DNA from: Tilletiaria anomala UBC 951
Lineage: Eukaryota
Direction: 5' to 3'
NCBI RefSeq assembly: GCF_000711695.1
Contig: NW_013547019.1
Location: 1-64,000 of the forward strand
DNA length: 64,000 bases
Below the pieces are notes generated by a model. That model searched no databases. It had not been told where the DNA came from and saw only the letters and a program-made list of their open reading frames with translations. Made by a program: the position numbers and the translations under genes. This document shows positions 34,835-48,823 of the stretch, in pieces. The number at the start of each line of letters is the position of its first letter. The stretch's first letter is position 1.

Positions 34835-37489
34835 ATGCTCACGGAAATGGAGACCTCCTTTCCAGCCGCAGATTACTCCTCGAATGTGAATGGCGAGCAT
34901 GCCGATGACGAAAGCACAGATGGAACGCCGATAGAAGCAAAGTTCTTCAACAACAGGCATGCACTTGACAGGGCAACGATGCCAGCGATGTCTGGCGCCG
35001 AAGGGCTAAAGTCGGCGGACTCCTCAGTTCAACGTACATTCATCAAGAGACATCGTGGGGAAGATCATGCACAAGACCACGAGCGCCTCAGGAGGCGGGA
35101 GCATGCGCGCGACATCGATGTAACCAAAGAAAGTTATGCGGAACATGTACGCAAACGACAGACCTCACCATTGTCTATATCAACGCTGAGGTCACCAAAG
35201 CGCTACCGCACTGATGGCACCAGGTCCATTCACGACCACGCCGCTCCAAGTCGCTCTGACTTGCATTGGGAACGCGACTCCATAGGTCGCCACCGTGAAC
35301 GATCAGCAAGCCGTGAGCGGGAGAGAAGAGCATCAGACCAACATCGATCAGATTCTGACAGCCGCCGGCACAGTAAAGCGTATGTCAGAGGCGACTCTCA
35401 TCGATCGACGTGTGAGAACTCAGCCGACAGGCGATGGCAAGATCGAGATCGAGAACGTGACGACGATAATGAAAGCGCGCGCAGTAGCGAGTCGAGGCGC
35501 ACTAAACCGCGGTATTCAGTCGATGAGAAAGCAAGCTCACGCGAGGACAGAGAGCGGCGGTGGGATGAATACTACCGGAGGCGGGATCGAGAGCGCGAAG
35601 AAAGAGATAGGCGGGGGGATCGAGGGATACGTTCACGCCGCCGCTGGGACGATGAAGATCAAAAGGCTGATCGACATCTCCAAAATTGGCGACGACCGCA
35701 TCGTGAAGACGGTCATCGCTGTTTGAGCGCCACTGGAAAGCATATGATGACTCAAGATGACGATCTGCCACGAGCACGGGGTAGATCTCGATCACCGGAA
35801 GTCCTTCTCGATATGCACAGAGGCCGTGGAGCGGAGCGAGAAGCTGATCGGCCGGAAAATAGTGGCTCTGAGCGGGCGCTGTCGCCGGAGCTAGAGGCGA
35901 CTGCAGAAGAGATCAAGGCGGCCAAGAAAGCGGAGCAGGAAGACGCCGAACGAGCGTTGTATGCATCGGCGCCCAAGAAGGCGCATCCGTGCGAAGGATA
36001 CGTCCGCCTCGACCAGGTCGGTGAAGGTACATACGGACAAGTCTTCAAGGCCAGAGCGGAGAACACCGGTGTGCTGGTTGCCCTGAAGAAAATTCGTATG
36101 GAGTCGGAAAAGGACGGGTTTCCTATCACTGCTTTGCGAGAGATCAAGATCCTGCAAGCGCTGCGCCATCCTAACGTCGTACGCCTGCACGAGATGATGG
36201 TGTCAAAGGGTGAGTCGAAGCGTGATAATGTGAGAATGCAGCTTCTCACTCACATTTATCGGGTGCCGTAGCTTCTGTCTACATGATCTTCGAATATCTC
36301 GAGCACGATCTGAACGGCGTGTTGGCAAATCCAGCGATCGAGTTCAAGCTGCAGCATATCAAGTCCTTAGCCAAGCAGATGCTCGAAGGGTTGGAGTACC
36401 TGCACAAGAAAGGCATTCTGCATCGGGACCTGAAAGGCTCGAACTTGCTCGTGAACAGCAACGGTCTGCTCAAGCTCGCCGATTTCGGCCTAGCGCGACT
36501 ATACGCCAAGCGGCGGGGCGAAGATCACACGAACCGCGTAATCACGCTGTGGTATCGTCCACTGGAGCTTCTGTATGGCGCGACGCAGTACGGGGCCGAG
36601 GTTGACATGTGGGGCGCCGGCGCGATCTTTCTAGAACTCTTTGCGCGTAAACCAATCTTTCAGGGCAACGACGAGATCCATCAGATCCAATGCATCACAG
36701 ATATCCTCGGGCCTTTCACCAGCGAGCGGTGGGCCGACGTCGATGAGCTGCCGTGGTTTGGGCTCATTCAGTCTGCTGCGCCAGAGGTCAACGGGAATGG
36801 CCAAAAGTGCGGAAGTGCGGAAGAGAACCTTGCCCGGTTCCGTCGGGTGTTCTCAAAGTGAGTAGAATAATGGTTGAGGCCAACGGAGACGCGTACAACG
36901 GTTCGCTGATTGTTCAACCTATGCTCCATTGCATTTTCGTGATGAATAGATGGCTGTCACCTGCTGCGCTTGACCTTGCGCTCGACTTACTGCACTATGA
37001 CCCCCAGGGGCGTGCTACTGCTGCCGAAGCTCTCGCCAGTCCTTACTTTACGGAAGAAGAGCCACCTCCCCAAATTCCGATCGAGTGAGTGGATATCTTC
37101 TCGGATGGGTGCTTTCAATGTTTGTTGAGCTGACCGTGCACACACATACATTCTCTACCTGCCTTTGTTATGGCAGGGTCTTCCGAGAGGTACAAGGGGA
37201 ATGGCACGAGCTTGAATCGCGCAAGGCACGCCGCAAGCGGGCCGCTGCCGCGGAGGCTGCGATCCAGAACGCCAATGAACACAGCACCAACACCAACATG
37301 AACAACAATAACGGCGCGTCGGTGCCGGGTCCTGGAGGAGCCAGCGTGGGCCAGGTTATGGTTGCTGTCGGCGACCGTGACGCAGCGTCATCAATACAAT
37401 GGACGGACGCGGCAGCAGTACCACTGCCGCTGGTCGTGCCTCCGTCTGCGCCACGACCTGACGACTTGCCCTCCGTGGGCCGAGACTGA
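34835..37489 (+). CDS. CTK1: CTD kinase Ctk1/Lsk1 (CDK12-like), 4 exons
   Basis: Arg/Asp-rich N-terminus; [48 protein letters not shown]-terminal [10 protein letters not shown] typical of Ctk1/CDK12. Confidence 0.92.
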
Positions 37490-38853
37490 TGGTGCTGGGT
37501 GTGCGCATGGACAGATCGAAGGACGGGAAAATGGTGCGGCATGCATGCATGCATGTGTGCTCTTCATAGCTCGCTCCTGCGAGGGGCCTGACACAGCAAA
37601 CAATGTAGCATGCAAACATTTGCTGACGTGCAAGTACGGACAGGGGCTGCATGCTTTCGTTGATCGCACATGTTTGCAGGTGACCGGACGCACGATAGTC
37701 GGGCCTTTCGGTCAGGCATTCGCTCTCCAAGTTTCAGCGCAGGGAAACATTATGCTCATGAGATAAGCTGGTGGAGTAGGGGGGCATGGGGTTGTTGCAG
37801 ATGGACAAAACGCGAGCTGGCCCGGCTGGAAGTCCGCAATCTGCATGTTTGGTCACTAAACCAGACGGAGACAACTGTCGTGTGGTGGACTGATAGGGAG
37901 CCGTGGGCACACAGTTCTGTGCCAGGCGGGTTCCGCCCCCTTTTTGTCGGCCGAGTGCGACGATGGTGCTCACAGTGCTGTCGTGCCGCTTGCGGCCGGA
38001 AGCCCCCAGCGCCACACAGCCACTGCCGCCCCACAAGAGGCACCCCCCCCATCAGAGAGCAGCCTCTGAGCGGCAGCTGGTGCCGAGGACCCCTGTTGGT
38101 AGAAATCCAATTCAACACGCAAGTTGCAAACCTGGCGTGTGCAGGCTTCCGGCAGTCGCATCGAATGCAGTGAGCCAGCGAGTTGCGAGGCCAGATAGCT
38201 GTGCGAAACCCCGCCGGTCCCCGACAAACTGAGCGGTGGAACGACGCTGGGAACTGAGGTCGAACACATCGCATCGACTTTCCTTGGCTGGAAGGGCGCA
38301 TGCACAGCTTCGCTCTCTCACACATCTACGCATCTTCAACGCCTTACTTCAGAGCTCTTTTCGGTCCAGGGCCTGTGGACTTACTGTCTTGCTGAGCGAC
38401 CGGCACGTGCCGCAGCAGGGTTGACGCCTTCACGGCAGTCAAACGTCGCTTCCAAGCGCTCTCTCCCCATTCGTGCATCTACCGTGCTCGTCGGCCCGTG
38501 TCACTATTTTGGGTTGTCGGAGTCCCTTGAGAGTCAAATGCCTCAGTGATCTGTGCAAAGCTTCATTCGCCCTGACGCTTGACTGCTTCGACATTGGTCA
38601 ACGACGAAGAGCCTGCAAGAGCCTACTGGAACGCTTTCGACCTCCTGTGCAGCATTGCGTACCTCACCGCCACAAGCCTGTCACAAGCATATGCGCTCAG
38701 CAGTACAACTTGACCTTCGAAGTCTACCCCCTCGCCAGAGCTCTGTCGAATTCTCGTGCGCCCTCGAAAAGAGTTCCCGCCCTAAGCGTGCGGAACGGCT
38801 CTTCCCTTTGGGTCCAGGTTTCTTTTTATCCTTGCATATGAAAAGCCAGCGAC

Positions 38854-41269
38854 ATGAATCCAACTCCAACACGAGTGCTGGCGCTGCTAGCGCGGCAAGC
38901 TGCCGAATCGAGCGCCAACGCCGCCGCCTCGGGCGCTCTTCCCACGTCAATCAATACAACTGCTTCTGCATCCTCGGCGATGGCCTCGTTGTCGTCGCTG
39001 ATGGCGTCCGCGTCGCAAGCGCTCGCGTCCGAGTCGAAGGTCGCTGCGGGTGACGACGGAGCAGCAAACCCAGGATACTTCAAGTACATCGGCATTGCCA
39101 TGGCCATCTCCAGTGGTTTCTTCATCGGGTCCAGCTTCGTGCTCAAGAAGCGCGGCCTGCTCGCCGCGCAAAAGAAGTTCAATTCCACCGCCGGCGAAGG
39201 GCTGAGCTACCTCAAGAGCCCGCTCTGGTGGAGCGGGATGATCATCATGATCCTGGGCGAAGTACTGAACCTCGTCGCGTATTCGTTCACCGACGCCATC
39301 CTCGTCACTCCGATGGGTGCGCTCAGCGTTGTTGTAAGTGGAACTGCCGCGATGCACTTTATGAAAGCAAGCTATTCATGAAGCTGATGAGCATTGTATC
39401 GCTACTCATACCGCAGGTCTCCGCCATCCTCTCCTCGTTCTTCCTGGAAGAGAAGCTCTCCATGTTCGGCTGGCTTGGCTGCGGCCTCTGCATCCTTGGC
39501 TCGACGATCATCGCGCTGAATGGGCCAGACCAGCATGCAAGCGGGCAGATCAAGGTGTTTGAGAAGATGTTCATCGCACCCGGCTTTCTCGCCTGGACGG
39601 GCGTCTGCCTCGTCGTTGCGCTGGGCCTCATCTTCTTTGCGGTGCCAAAGTGGGGCAAGAAGAACATGCTGGTGCACATCAGTATCTGCAGCGTCATTGG
39701 CGGTTTGAGCGTCAGTGTCACCAGCGGCCTCGGCAGCGCTATTTTGCTCAGCATCAGAGGTCAGAACCAGTTCAAGTACTGGTTCATCTATTTCCTCCTT
39801 GGCTTTGTTATCGTCACGCTTGTGACAGAGATCGTGAGTGAGGCACTCGGATGCTCATTGCAACCGTTGCCAACCTACTCGGCATTCTGACTTCTTTTCT
39901 CTGCTCACTAGATTTACCTCAACAAAGCGCTTGAGCTGTTCAACACCGCCATGGTGACGCCGACGTACTATGTCCTTTTCACCTTTATGACGCTCGTCAC
40001 TTCCATCGTCCTCTTCCAGGGCCTTTCTGCGTCTGGTAAGCAGCGAGCATGGGACCATAAAATGTATTGACCCTGACGTGCTGTTCTCCTCTTCTTGTCG
40101 CAGTTGTCGCCATCGTCACGATCGTACTTGGTTTCCTCGTCATCTGCGTGGGAATCACCATTCTACAGCTGAGCAAGATCGATCCCGAAGATCTCGCGCA
40201 GAAACCAGGCATCGACCGCTCAACGACGATGCTCCTCAAAGCGTCTCGCTCTCATCTCCGGCAGTCTGAAAAGGGCGAGAGTACGCAGATCGAAGATCCC
40301 GGTGTGGACACGATCCGCGGAGGCCTGGGCATCGTCGGGTCTGTCATCAGAGCACGCTCCTCAAGCCGGTTGTCGAGGCGCTTCAACAGCAGTGCGGACG
40401 AATACCGCGTAGGGGATGAGATGGGTGCACTCCGAGGTGTGGGACACGATGTGGAGCGGTATCAGCTGCACGATGGGCCTGTGCCGCGCTCGCCGCTCGG
40501 CGGTGGTGGGGCGAGCGCATCGGACAGGGCAATATCTACCATGCCGCCGCAGATGCCGCTCAAGCGCGACACAGCCATCTCTTGGGCATCCGGCACAGAG
40601 GGCCACGACCGCGAAAAGGTGCCTGGATCGCCCCTCGCCGGGCCCGGATTCGGGCCTGGTGGCAGCGCCATGGCCACTCTATCCGTGTTGACGCCCACGT
40701 CCGAGGAAGCAGACCTCAGCGGGACGACGACCAGCACGGCCATGTCGAGCAGCGCTACGCCTGCGGACGAATACAACAACGAAGAGATCGTCCGGCGCGT
40801 CTACCACACCGAGCCGCGCGGCGCTTTGCAGTCGCACCATGACGCGCGTGCGCAGTTGGCTGCAGCGCACGGAGGACCTCTATTACAAGGAGCTCCAGGT
40901 GGACCGAGCAGCTCGTCGGCATTACAGCAGGGCAAATATATTGATCCGTACGCCGTCCCGCGGTCGGTGGGTCCAGCCTTGCCTGTAAACAATAACATTC
41001 GGACCATGTGGGAGCACGCCAAGAAGGGTCCAGCAGATGTGACGGCTCTGTCGGAGGACGGAAGCGGAGGTCAGTCGGAGTTTGGGCTCTCCTCGGTGCT
41101 CAACAGGGAGGGCGAGAAGCAACGGTCCGATAAGGAATATCCACTGCGTAAGGGCGGAAGGCCCTCGAGCGAAGAGGACGAGCTGCTGCGACCGCAGGCG
41201 ACCAACGACTCCGAGGAGGAGGAGGAACGCGCTAAAGAACGCCAGCAACGGCGCTTCGCTTTCTTCTAG
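38854..41269 (+). CDS. NIPA/DUF803 family Mg2+ transporter (4 exons)
   Basis: [13 protein letters not shown]...[27 protein letters not shown]...[31 protein letters not shown]; multiple TM helices. Confidence 0.93.
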
Positions 41270-41538
41270 CGCTCGCCAGTGGAACAAAGGTGGTGATGAT
41301 GAAGAGGACGATGAGGAACAAAACCATCATGGACAATCGTATTGACTCTAATGGCCGAACTATGAAGCTACACTTGGGGAACATGCGGCATTTATGTGTT
41401 TGAGATGTGAAAGGGACATTCTATCGACGTGACAGTATGAAGCAGGGCGCATGAAGGCAAAATTTGTTGCTCCCTATCGAGGATTCAAAGCTTCACAATT
41501 CTCAAAAGAGACCGCGTTCAGATCGTTTGGTAACCGAT

Positions 41539-42952
41539 TCAGAATTTGAAAGCCGCGTCGACGAGTTTCTCCACGTCAAAGTTCTGTGGCGACGAGTGGA
41601 AAGCCTCCAGGAGCTGGCTGCGCTGAGCAGCGCCAACGTAGGCTCCGGAATTGGCGTCGCGTTTGCCCAGATCCGGGAGGTAGAAGCGCTGCATGCATAT
41701 GCTGAGCATCTGCGCATCCTGCTGCGTCATGCGCCCCTGCGAATGCGGCTGCGCCACGCGCTCCTCGTCCTTTACGCTCGCGCCCGCCGCTTGCGCTTCG
41801 TCCGCGTCGGTGATCTCACCGCGCATGAGGACGAGGCCCTTGGCGTGCGCCAGGTCGGTGTAGTGCGTCAGGATTAGCAGCGGCTGCGCGAACTCCTGCC
41901 GGAGCTTGTACTCCGCCAGGGGCGTGAAGAGGACCGTCGTCGGAGGGGGCAGAGGCTTGGGCGCTGCATTATCGCCGCCTGGTAAGGTGGACGGTGATGC
42001 TGCTGTGCGTGATGAAGATAGGATGGAGGTGGGGGCAGGCAAGAAGCCCCATTCGAGGAAGTGCATCTCGTAGCCCTGTTGCGCCTGTGTGGCGTTTGCA
42101 TCTGCACCTGCATGCTGAGGATCTTGCGATGCCTCTCCGCCGACGATCGTACGTGGCAAAGGCAGGACGAATTGCGGATAGCGTCTTGCGGTGCTGATCA
42201 GCGTCTCATACACGCTGACGGGAATGACTGCGGAGAGCTTGTTCCTCATCATGTGATAGCCCGTCCACAGCTGCTGGATACGATCGGGCGGTTCCTGCAT
42301 GAGCTTCTCGATGTTCAGGATTTCGTCCAGCGGCTTGACGGGGCCCTTGCAATTGGAAGTCGGATGCAGCTGGCCGCTTTCGAGCTTCCGTTTCGCTTCG
42401 GCTTCTGCTCGGGCTCGAATATCAGCGGCAACCTTGGCATCTCGCTCCTCTATCGGCGAGGACGAGACTGCGGGCTTTGAGCTCAGCTTTTGCGCCGCCT
42501 TTTCCGCAATGACTTGTGCTTTGAGCTCTTCAATAGACTTCAGGCCACGCCTGAATGCGCAAAAAGTGAGTCAACGAGCCCCATTCTGGCTTCACGGATA
42601 AGCACAAAGAAAGCACTCACTCTGCCGCCTTCTGCTTCAGCACCGCCTCGTACTGCCGCATCTTCCTCTCCTTGGCCGCTTGGACGGCCGACTGCCGCTC
42701 GGACGGCGGAGCATTGTAGCTCCTGGCATTTTGTGCGAGGGTCTCTCTAGATCCGGAAGCTTGCGCTGCTGAAGTCGAGTTCTCCAGCCCGTCCGGCGAG
42801 GGACCCGAGACGGCGGCTCGCTCGGGTCGCGTGAGGTGCAAGCGGCGAGCGGAGAGCACAGGTAGCAAGGTGGCAGATGAGCTCGGCGTCCGAGACGGAC
42901 CGGCGAGCGCAAGCGTCGCTCGTGGCAGCCACGGTCGAAAGAGGGCTGCCAT
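41539..42952 (-). CDS. ATP11: Mitochondrial F1-ATPase assembly factor Atp11 (2 exons)
   Basis: Arg-rich presequence; PVKPLDEILNIEKL...IQQLWTGYH...YPQFVLPLPR...MHFLEW...VLFTPLAEYKLRQEFAQP...LMRGEI...QRFY...LLEAFH. Confidence 0.92.
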
Positions 42953-43535
42953 TTCGAGCAATCACGAGTGCAAATGATTCGACCGTCTGCCTGTCTGCGT
43001 TGGAGTGGACAGCGGCGATTGGGCTTGAGCTTGAGCTAGAGCTCGTGATGCGTGTAGTAGAGAAAAGTTGAGCGCGTGGATGATGACCCACCCGCATACA
43101 GACCGACCGCTTGGGCGAGCGTCGAGCCCGGATTGCCACGGGTGGCGCGCAGATTTCCGTGATTTGGTTCACAGATTCCCCGAATCTTACAAAATCCTTG
43201 GCCAATTTTGCGCATTCCGAGTTCCGTACTATTACATAATTCAGATCGAGCGAAGAAAAATCAAAGTTGCGAGCCCAAGTGAGCGACGTCTGGGGCAGCA
43301 GCATTCGGCACACCAAAGCTAACCCTAATATTACTTCCGCACAGGTTTGCCGCTCGGTTAAATGGCGCACGGCGCACCAACAAAAACACCTGATTCCGTC
43401 ACGTATACACTTGTGCTGGCTAACTTGACATGTTCAGGCGTGCCTCTCTTCACGCTCCTTTGGCATGGTAGAGATTCGCCAGAGAAGATCATTACTGCGT
43501 GCGAGAAAGGTCAGCCTTTATCGGACGCAAGCACG

Positions 43536-44811
43536 ATGTCTGCCATCTTTGACGCAAGCAGTCCGTATGGCGGCGGCGGCTCTTCGTATGATCCGTATGG
43601 CCCATCGTCGCGCTCAGCTGCAACCGCCTCGTCAGCTCGAGGAGTTGGAGGTGGAGCGGGAGGACTCTCGAACCTGCAGTTCTACTCGCAGCACTCCACT
43701 GCTTCAGCAGCTGGCGCAGGCGGGGCCGGGGGCCACTACACCGGCAGCGACGGGTACAACACCGGCTCCAATGGGCGCCCTAGCCTGGAGGGCAACATGA
43801 CCGGCGCGGGTGGCTATGAAGGTGCGGTAGGGAGCCACATGATGGCGGGGCAAATGAGCTTCTGGAGCGCTTTCGGTACGGGTGGCTTCCCTGATGAGCC
43901 GGGGCTGATGGAGGGTGAGTCGTCGAGGCCGCTTCTGCCTGTGTTCCGATGCCTGGTTCGGCTCGTCACGCGCGCTTGCCTTGGCGCTCAGTCTGCCCAG
44001 CGTGGGGCGCACGCTGACATACATGCATCTATACACTGGCAGAGCTCGGCATCAATCTTACGCACGTGCGGAGCAAGGCATTGACCGTGCTCAACCCGTT
44101 CCACAACTACTCGGCGACACATCAGCGAGATGTGCACATGATGGACGATGCGGATCTCGCAGGCCCGCTCATGTTCTGCTTTGCCTTTGGCATGCTCCTC
44201 CTGCTGGTGAGTGCGTCTCTTTCGTCGGAATCTCTAGCTCACATGGGCATGGATGGTATGGTATGGTATGGGATGGCGTGGGATGGCGTGGCACTGCATG
44301 CTCACGCTCTGTCCTTGCTGCGCATACCTGCACCTCCCTCGCTCTTTTTCCAGGCCGGCAAATCTCAATTCGGCTACATCTACGGCGTCGGACTGATGGG
44401 CGATATTGCGATCTACCTGCTGCTGAACATGATGTCCGAGGGCGGGATAGACGCCTACCGCGTCTCCTCTGTGCTAGGCTATTGCCTCCTCCCGCTCTGC
44501 ATCCTGAGCGCGGTCTCCATCGTGATCCGACTCGAGTGAGCATATCCGTGCCTTTCCTGCTTTCTTTGACGCTGACTTGGGAAACTTGTGCACATGCGTC
44601 GTGTCGCAGCGGCATCTTTGGCTACGTCCTGGCGCCTCTCTTCATCCTCTGGTGCTCGTCGTCCGCGTCGGGCATTTTTGTCTCGATCCTGCGCATGAGC
44701 GACCAGCGGTTCCTCGTCGCGTATCCCGTGGGCCTCTTCTACGCGTGCTTTGCCCTGCTGAGCGTCTTTGACATGGATCTGAGCAGCAGCAGCGGGCGAC
44801 GCGGGTCATGA
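43536..44811 (+). CDS. YIP1: Yip1 ER-Golgi membrane protein (4 exons)
   Basis: AFGTGGFPDEPGLMEELGIN...MDDADLAGP...AGKSQFGYIYGV...SVLGYCLLPL...LVAYPVGLFYACFALL. Confidence 0.94.
44243..44291. repeat. Degenerate pentanucleotide repeat (ATGGT/ATGGG/GTGGG) in a YIP1 intron
   Basis: atgggcatggatggtatggtatggtatgggatggcgtgggatggcgtgg. Confidence 0.75.
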
Positions 44812-45779
44812 TACACATGCAGCAGGGAGAAAGGTACACAGCGAGCAACAGCCGGGAGGCTCCAGCGCTTGCCGGTCTGGAAGTTCCTGCACAGGACCCA
44901 CGGCGGGCTGCACGCCAAAGACCAGAAACGATGTAGATACATGGTGCGTTCCAGAGTGCGGGAACGGGCAAGCCCACCGCTTGATTAGACCATGCTGCCC
45001 TGTCATGTTACGCGTGAACCCATCTGCATTGTGTAGTAGCTGCTAATGCCAAGGCGGCTTCGCGCATACACTTCACTGGCGCAGTACGAGCCAAGGCCTC
45101 GGTCGCGGCCCTGCCGGCTAATTGTTTGAGACTGGGCATGCTTGCTTGCCGCCATACTGCTGCTCGGCTGGCTAGCGGTAGGCCCGTCTTTCGTTTCCGG
45201 GTCGTTCCTACACTACAAATGCGAAAGCAAAAGGACTGCAACGCGAGCCATTATGTAACGCGGGATGCGAGTCGAGTCGCGCTGCGCTGGGTCGGTGGAA
45301 GGGGGAGGATTCCGCTTGAGACGACCTAGACTTGCCCAAGGAGTCTGTGCAAGGGAACGCGGCAGGGATGGAGCATGTGGTTGAAGAATGTTTTGTCTCA
45401 CCCTGGCCTTGGACCCGCCATGTCCTCTTTTGTCTGGCCACTGGAAGAGAGGACAGAGCGACGGACAGGCGAGGTAGGAGACGAAGCAAGGCGGAGGTGC
45501 TAATTGGGTGGGGTAGGGGCGCAGTGCCCAGGTTTATTTTGTGCGTTCTGCTGCTCCACAACGCTCCACAATCCTCTGCGGCCCGTTCGGCGCGGCTCCA
45601 CAACACTCTCCACTCCGCCATTACGCGCCCGTGTCATTCGACGGCGCTGCGTCTGTCATTCTCCTTGCTTGACTCAGCAGCAGCGAGCTATCACACACAC
45701 ATGATCCGGAAGGAACACAAAATGCGCCGTTCCCGCTCACCGACACACACTCTCTCTATCTCACGCTCACAGCCAGCCC

Positions 45780-48700
45780 ATGGAGCATAGGTGAGCGCGA
45801 GACGAGCAGACTGACCACCTTGGCCCCCCAGTCTCGACTCGTCGCTGGACCTCCCAAGCTGGCGCGGCAAAGACCGGTGGTCCGCACACACACACGGCAC
45901 CGACACCGACACTGCAGGCCCGCAGCTCGCCGGGACGGAACGCGACGGCCTGCTGGGACATACCTAGTGCCGTCAGCCTGACTCTCGGGCCTCGGCGTCT
46001 CGCAGGGGGTGCATGTACCAACATCACCTCCATCCGCAAGGCAACATGGGCCTCCACGGGGGCTCGTGGGAGAATAGAGGAGACTGGGACAGACTCGACG
46101 AGGAGCCGTCGCCGGCTGCCAGCCACAAGCGCAAGAACAGCATGAAGGGGTTCGAATATGGCGGCGATCCTGGGGCTGAGGCAGCAGCCGCAGCTGTCAG
46201 AGCGCATGGCCGGCCATCAGAGTATTCAATGGATGGTCGCGAGCACGACGACGACGACAACCCGCGAGGCTTGCGGACTGAGCGTGACGGGGACCGGCAG
46301 GAGCAATGGCGCGATCGCGCGAAGCGCAGGCGCATCGAGGCGTCGGCATCGCCGTCGCCTGTGCACAGCAGCCACGCCGAGAGCGCATCCGAGCGCTACG
46401 GCAGCGATTCCAGGCCCGATGCCGCCGACAGCGACGGCGCACACGGGCTGCCGCCGCGTCGCTCCTCCGCGCTCGCTTCGTCCTCCGCAACAGCAGCAGC
46501 ACCTCTGCTCCCGCGCCGGCATTCAATCGAGCGCGACGCAGCGCTCCCCCCGCTGCGCGGCCTCGTCGCTTCTGCTTCGGCCGCAGCCTTGTCGTCTGCA
46601 CATGCACATGCTCATCCACATGCGCACCACGCCCGCTCCACCTCGACTGACGGCAGCGCTGCCAAGCTCCGCCTACCACCCATGCTGTCCAGCTTCCCGG
46701 GACGCCTGGACCCGCACGATGGCGCGCCGGGCGACGATGCCGAGCATGAGCGCGTACCGTCGATTGCATCGTCGACCAGCTCGCTGTCGAGCATCGCACG
46801 CCGCCGCGGCGACATTGCGCAGGCCAAAGCGAGTAAGCTGAGCATCAGGACCAGTAAAGACGGCGGTGACTGCCACCACCACTCCCACCATTCTACTTCC
46901 CTCGCGCACTCCCACTCCAACGCACACGCCCACCACCCCGTTGCGACGCCAGCTGCGGCGCCGGGCCGTGCGCGCCAGGACTCGCACCGGTCCAGCGGCT
47001 CGGACGACAGCGCCGCTGCGACCGCATCTGCCGCGTCGACCATGCTCGGCATCCGCAACACTGACGGCGGCGCCGGTGGGGTGACGATGATGGTCGCACA
47101 TAGCGCGCCGCCGTACAAGACGACGTTCGCGGAAGACACCACCCCTCAAGACGCTTTGTTTCCTGCTACACAGCAGCATAACTATCACCAGCACCATTTC
47201 CGCAACAACAACAACAGCAGCAGCTACCTTCGCCACACTGCAAACAACCACCGCCAGTACGGCTGGCGCATAGTCAGCCACCCCGCGGGTGCATACGGCA
47301 CGCCGGCGTCGTCCATTCCGCTTGCCACGGCGGGCCGCACGCCGCCGAGTGCCGCGATGCTTGCTGCGGCGGCCGCCGCCGCGGCTGCCGCGGCCGGAGC
47401 GGGAGCACCGGGCGCAGGCGACGCACATCATCCCCACCACCACGTGCTGCCGCCCCCGCCGCCGACTGCTGCGAACACAGGCGGCAGGTACGTCGGCCCG
47501 ATCTTTGACAGCAATGGCCGCCTCCCGCCGACGCCCAAAACCGGCGTGCAGCTGCCATCCACGTCGTTGGCGGCGTCCAAGCCGGCTGTCCGGCCGCTGC
47601 TGCCCAGTGGTGCGGCCGCAGCTGCGAACGGGGCGGGTATCAGCAACGGGCCGACGCCCATGCTGACTTCGGCGTCCGCGGGCCCCGGCCCCGCTTCGGC
47701 AGCTGCATCGCTGCTCTCGCGCGGAGCCAGCGCGGGACAGCCGGTGCCCGCGTCTGCTGGACTCCTGGCCCGCGCGTCATCGTCGTCTTCGTCATCGTAC
47801 TCGTACCATGGCAACCCGCCGCACTCGGCGGTGCCGGCATCATCCGCCGGCGCTGCGGAGGCACACGCGGCGAGCGCGGGTCCCTCGTCGGCGGCTTCAA
47901 AGCAGCATTTTGTCGGACTCTTCGCGCAGTTCTTTGACAGCGTCGCGGACAGCCGCGCGCTGCGGACAACGTTGGAGGACCAGGTCGGGCGCAGCAACGC
48001 TTTGCTGCACACGCTCCAGAGCAGCACGCACTACTTTGATGAGCTTCTTGATCACAGGCTGCGCGAGGAGCGCGTCTACTGGGCGAGCATCATCGAGCGC
48101 TTGGAGACTCGCATCGCTCAGCTCGAAGGCAGCGGCGACGGCACCAACGCCAACGTGAGCGGAAGCGGAAGCGGGTTGAAACGAGCCAGAGGCACTGCGG
48201 CGGCGGACAAGGCGAAGGCTCCTGCAGCAGCGCCCTTTTTCTCATCTGCTCCATCGCGAAAGAAGGAGCCGCCGGCAACAGCAGGAGCAGGAGCAACAAA
48301 AAATCGACGCAGCCGAGTGTCGCCGTGCATGACACCGCTTGGCACATCAGCAGAGCTGCCGAGTGACTCACATGCACCACCTCCCTCCGCGAGCGTCACG
48401 CATGCCGCCTTCGGCTCAGCAGTAGTGGCGGCAGTAGCAGCGGCGGCGGAAACATCAAGTGTCACACCAAGTGCAGCAGCAGCAGCGGCGAATGGAAGCG
48501 AAAAGCCCTCCCCGCCGGTTTCACGCTCCAGTCTTGGTCAGCCGCAACCTTCGCCGTCTTCATGGGCACACAGCCACAGCCAGCATCAGCATCACGCATC
48601 AAAGTTGCCGTCTCCGCTAAGTGTAGCACCACCAGCAGCAGCATCATCGTCATCGGCAGCAGCGGTCCACAAGTTTCTACCGCACCACCATCACCACCAC

Positions 48701-48823
48701 TCCGTCGCTGGTGGCGCGTCCCACTATTCCTCCACTTTGACATCCCAGCACTCGCACGGCAGCGCCTACCCCGAGAGCTCTTCGCGCGGCGGGCCGCCGG
48801 TGCAGAAGCAGCAGGCGTCATGA
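45780..48823 (+). CDS. Ala/Ser/His-rich protein of unknown function with a central helical segment
   Basis: 936-aa ORF 46013-48823. A probable 11-nt first coding exon ATGGAGCATAG (45780-45790) splices in frame via intron 45791-46005. Helical block SKQHFVGLFAQFFDSVADSRALRTTLEDQVGRSNALL. Confidence 0.75.

Noticed and set aside
37490..38850. Several overlapping 100-190 aa ORFs between CTK1 and the NIPA gene
   Set aside because: No coherent motif or splice model; more likely UTR or promoter sequence.
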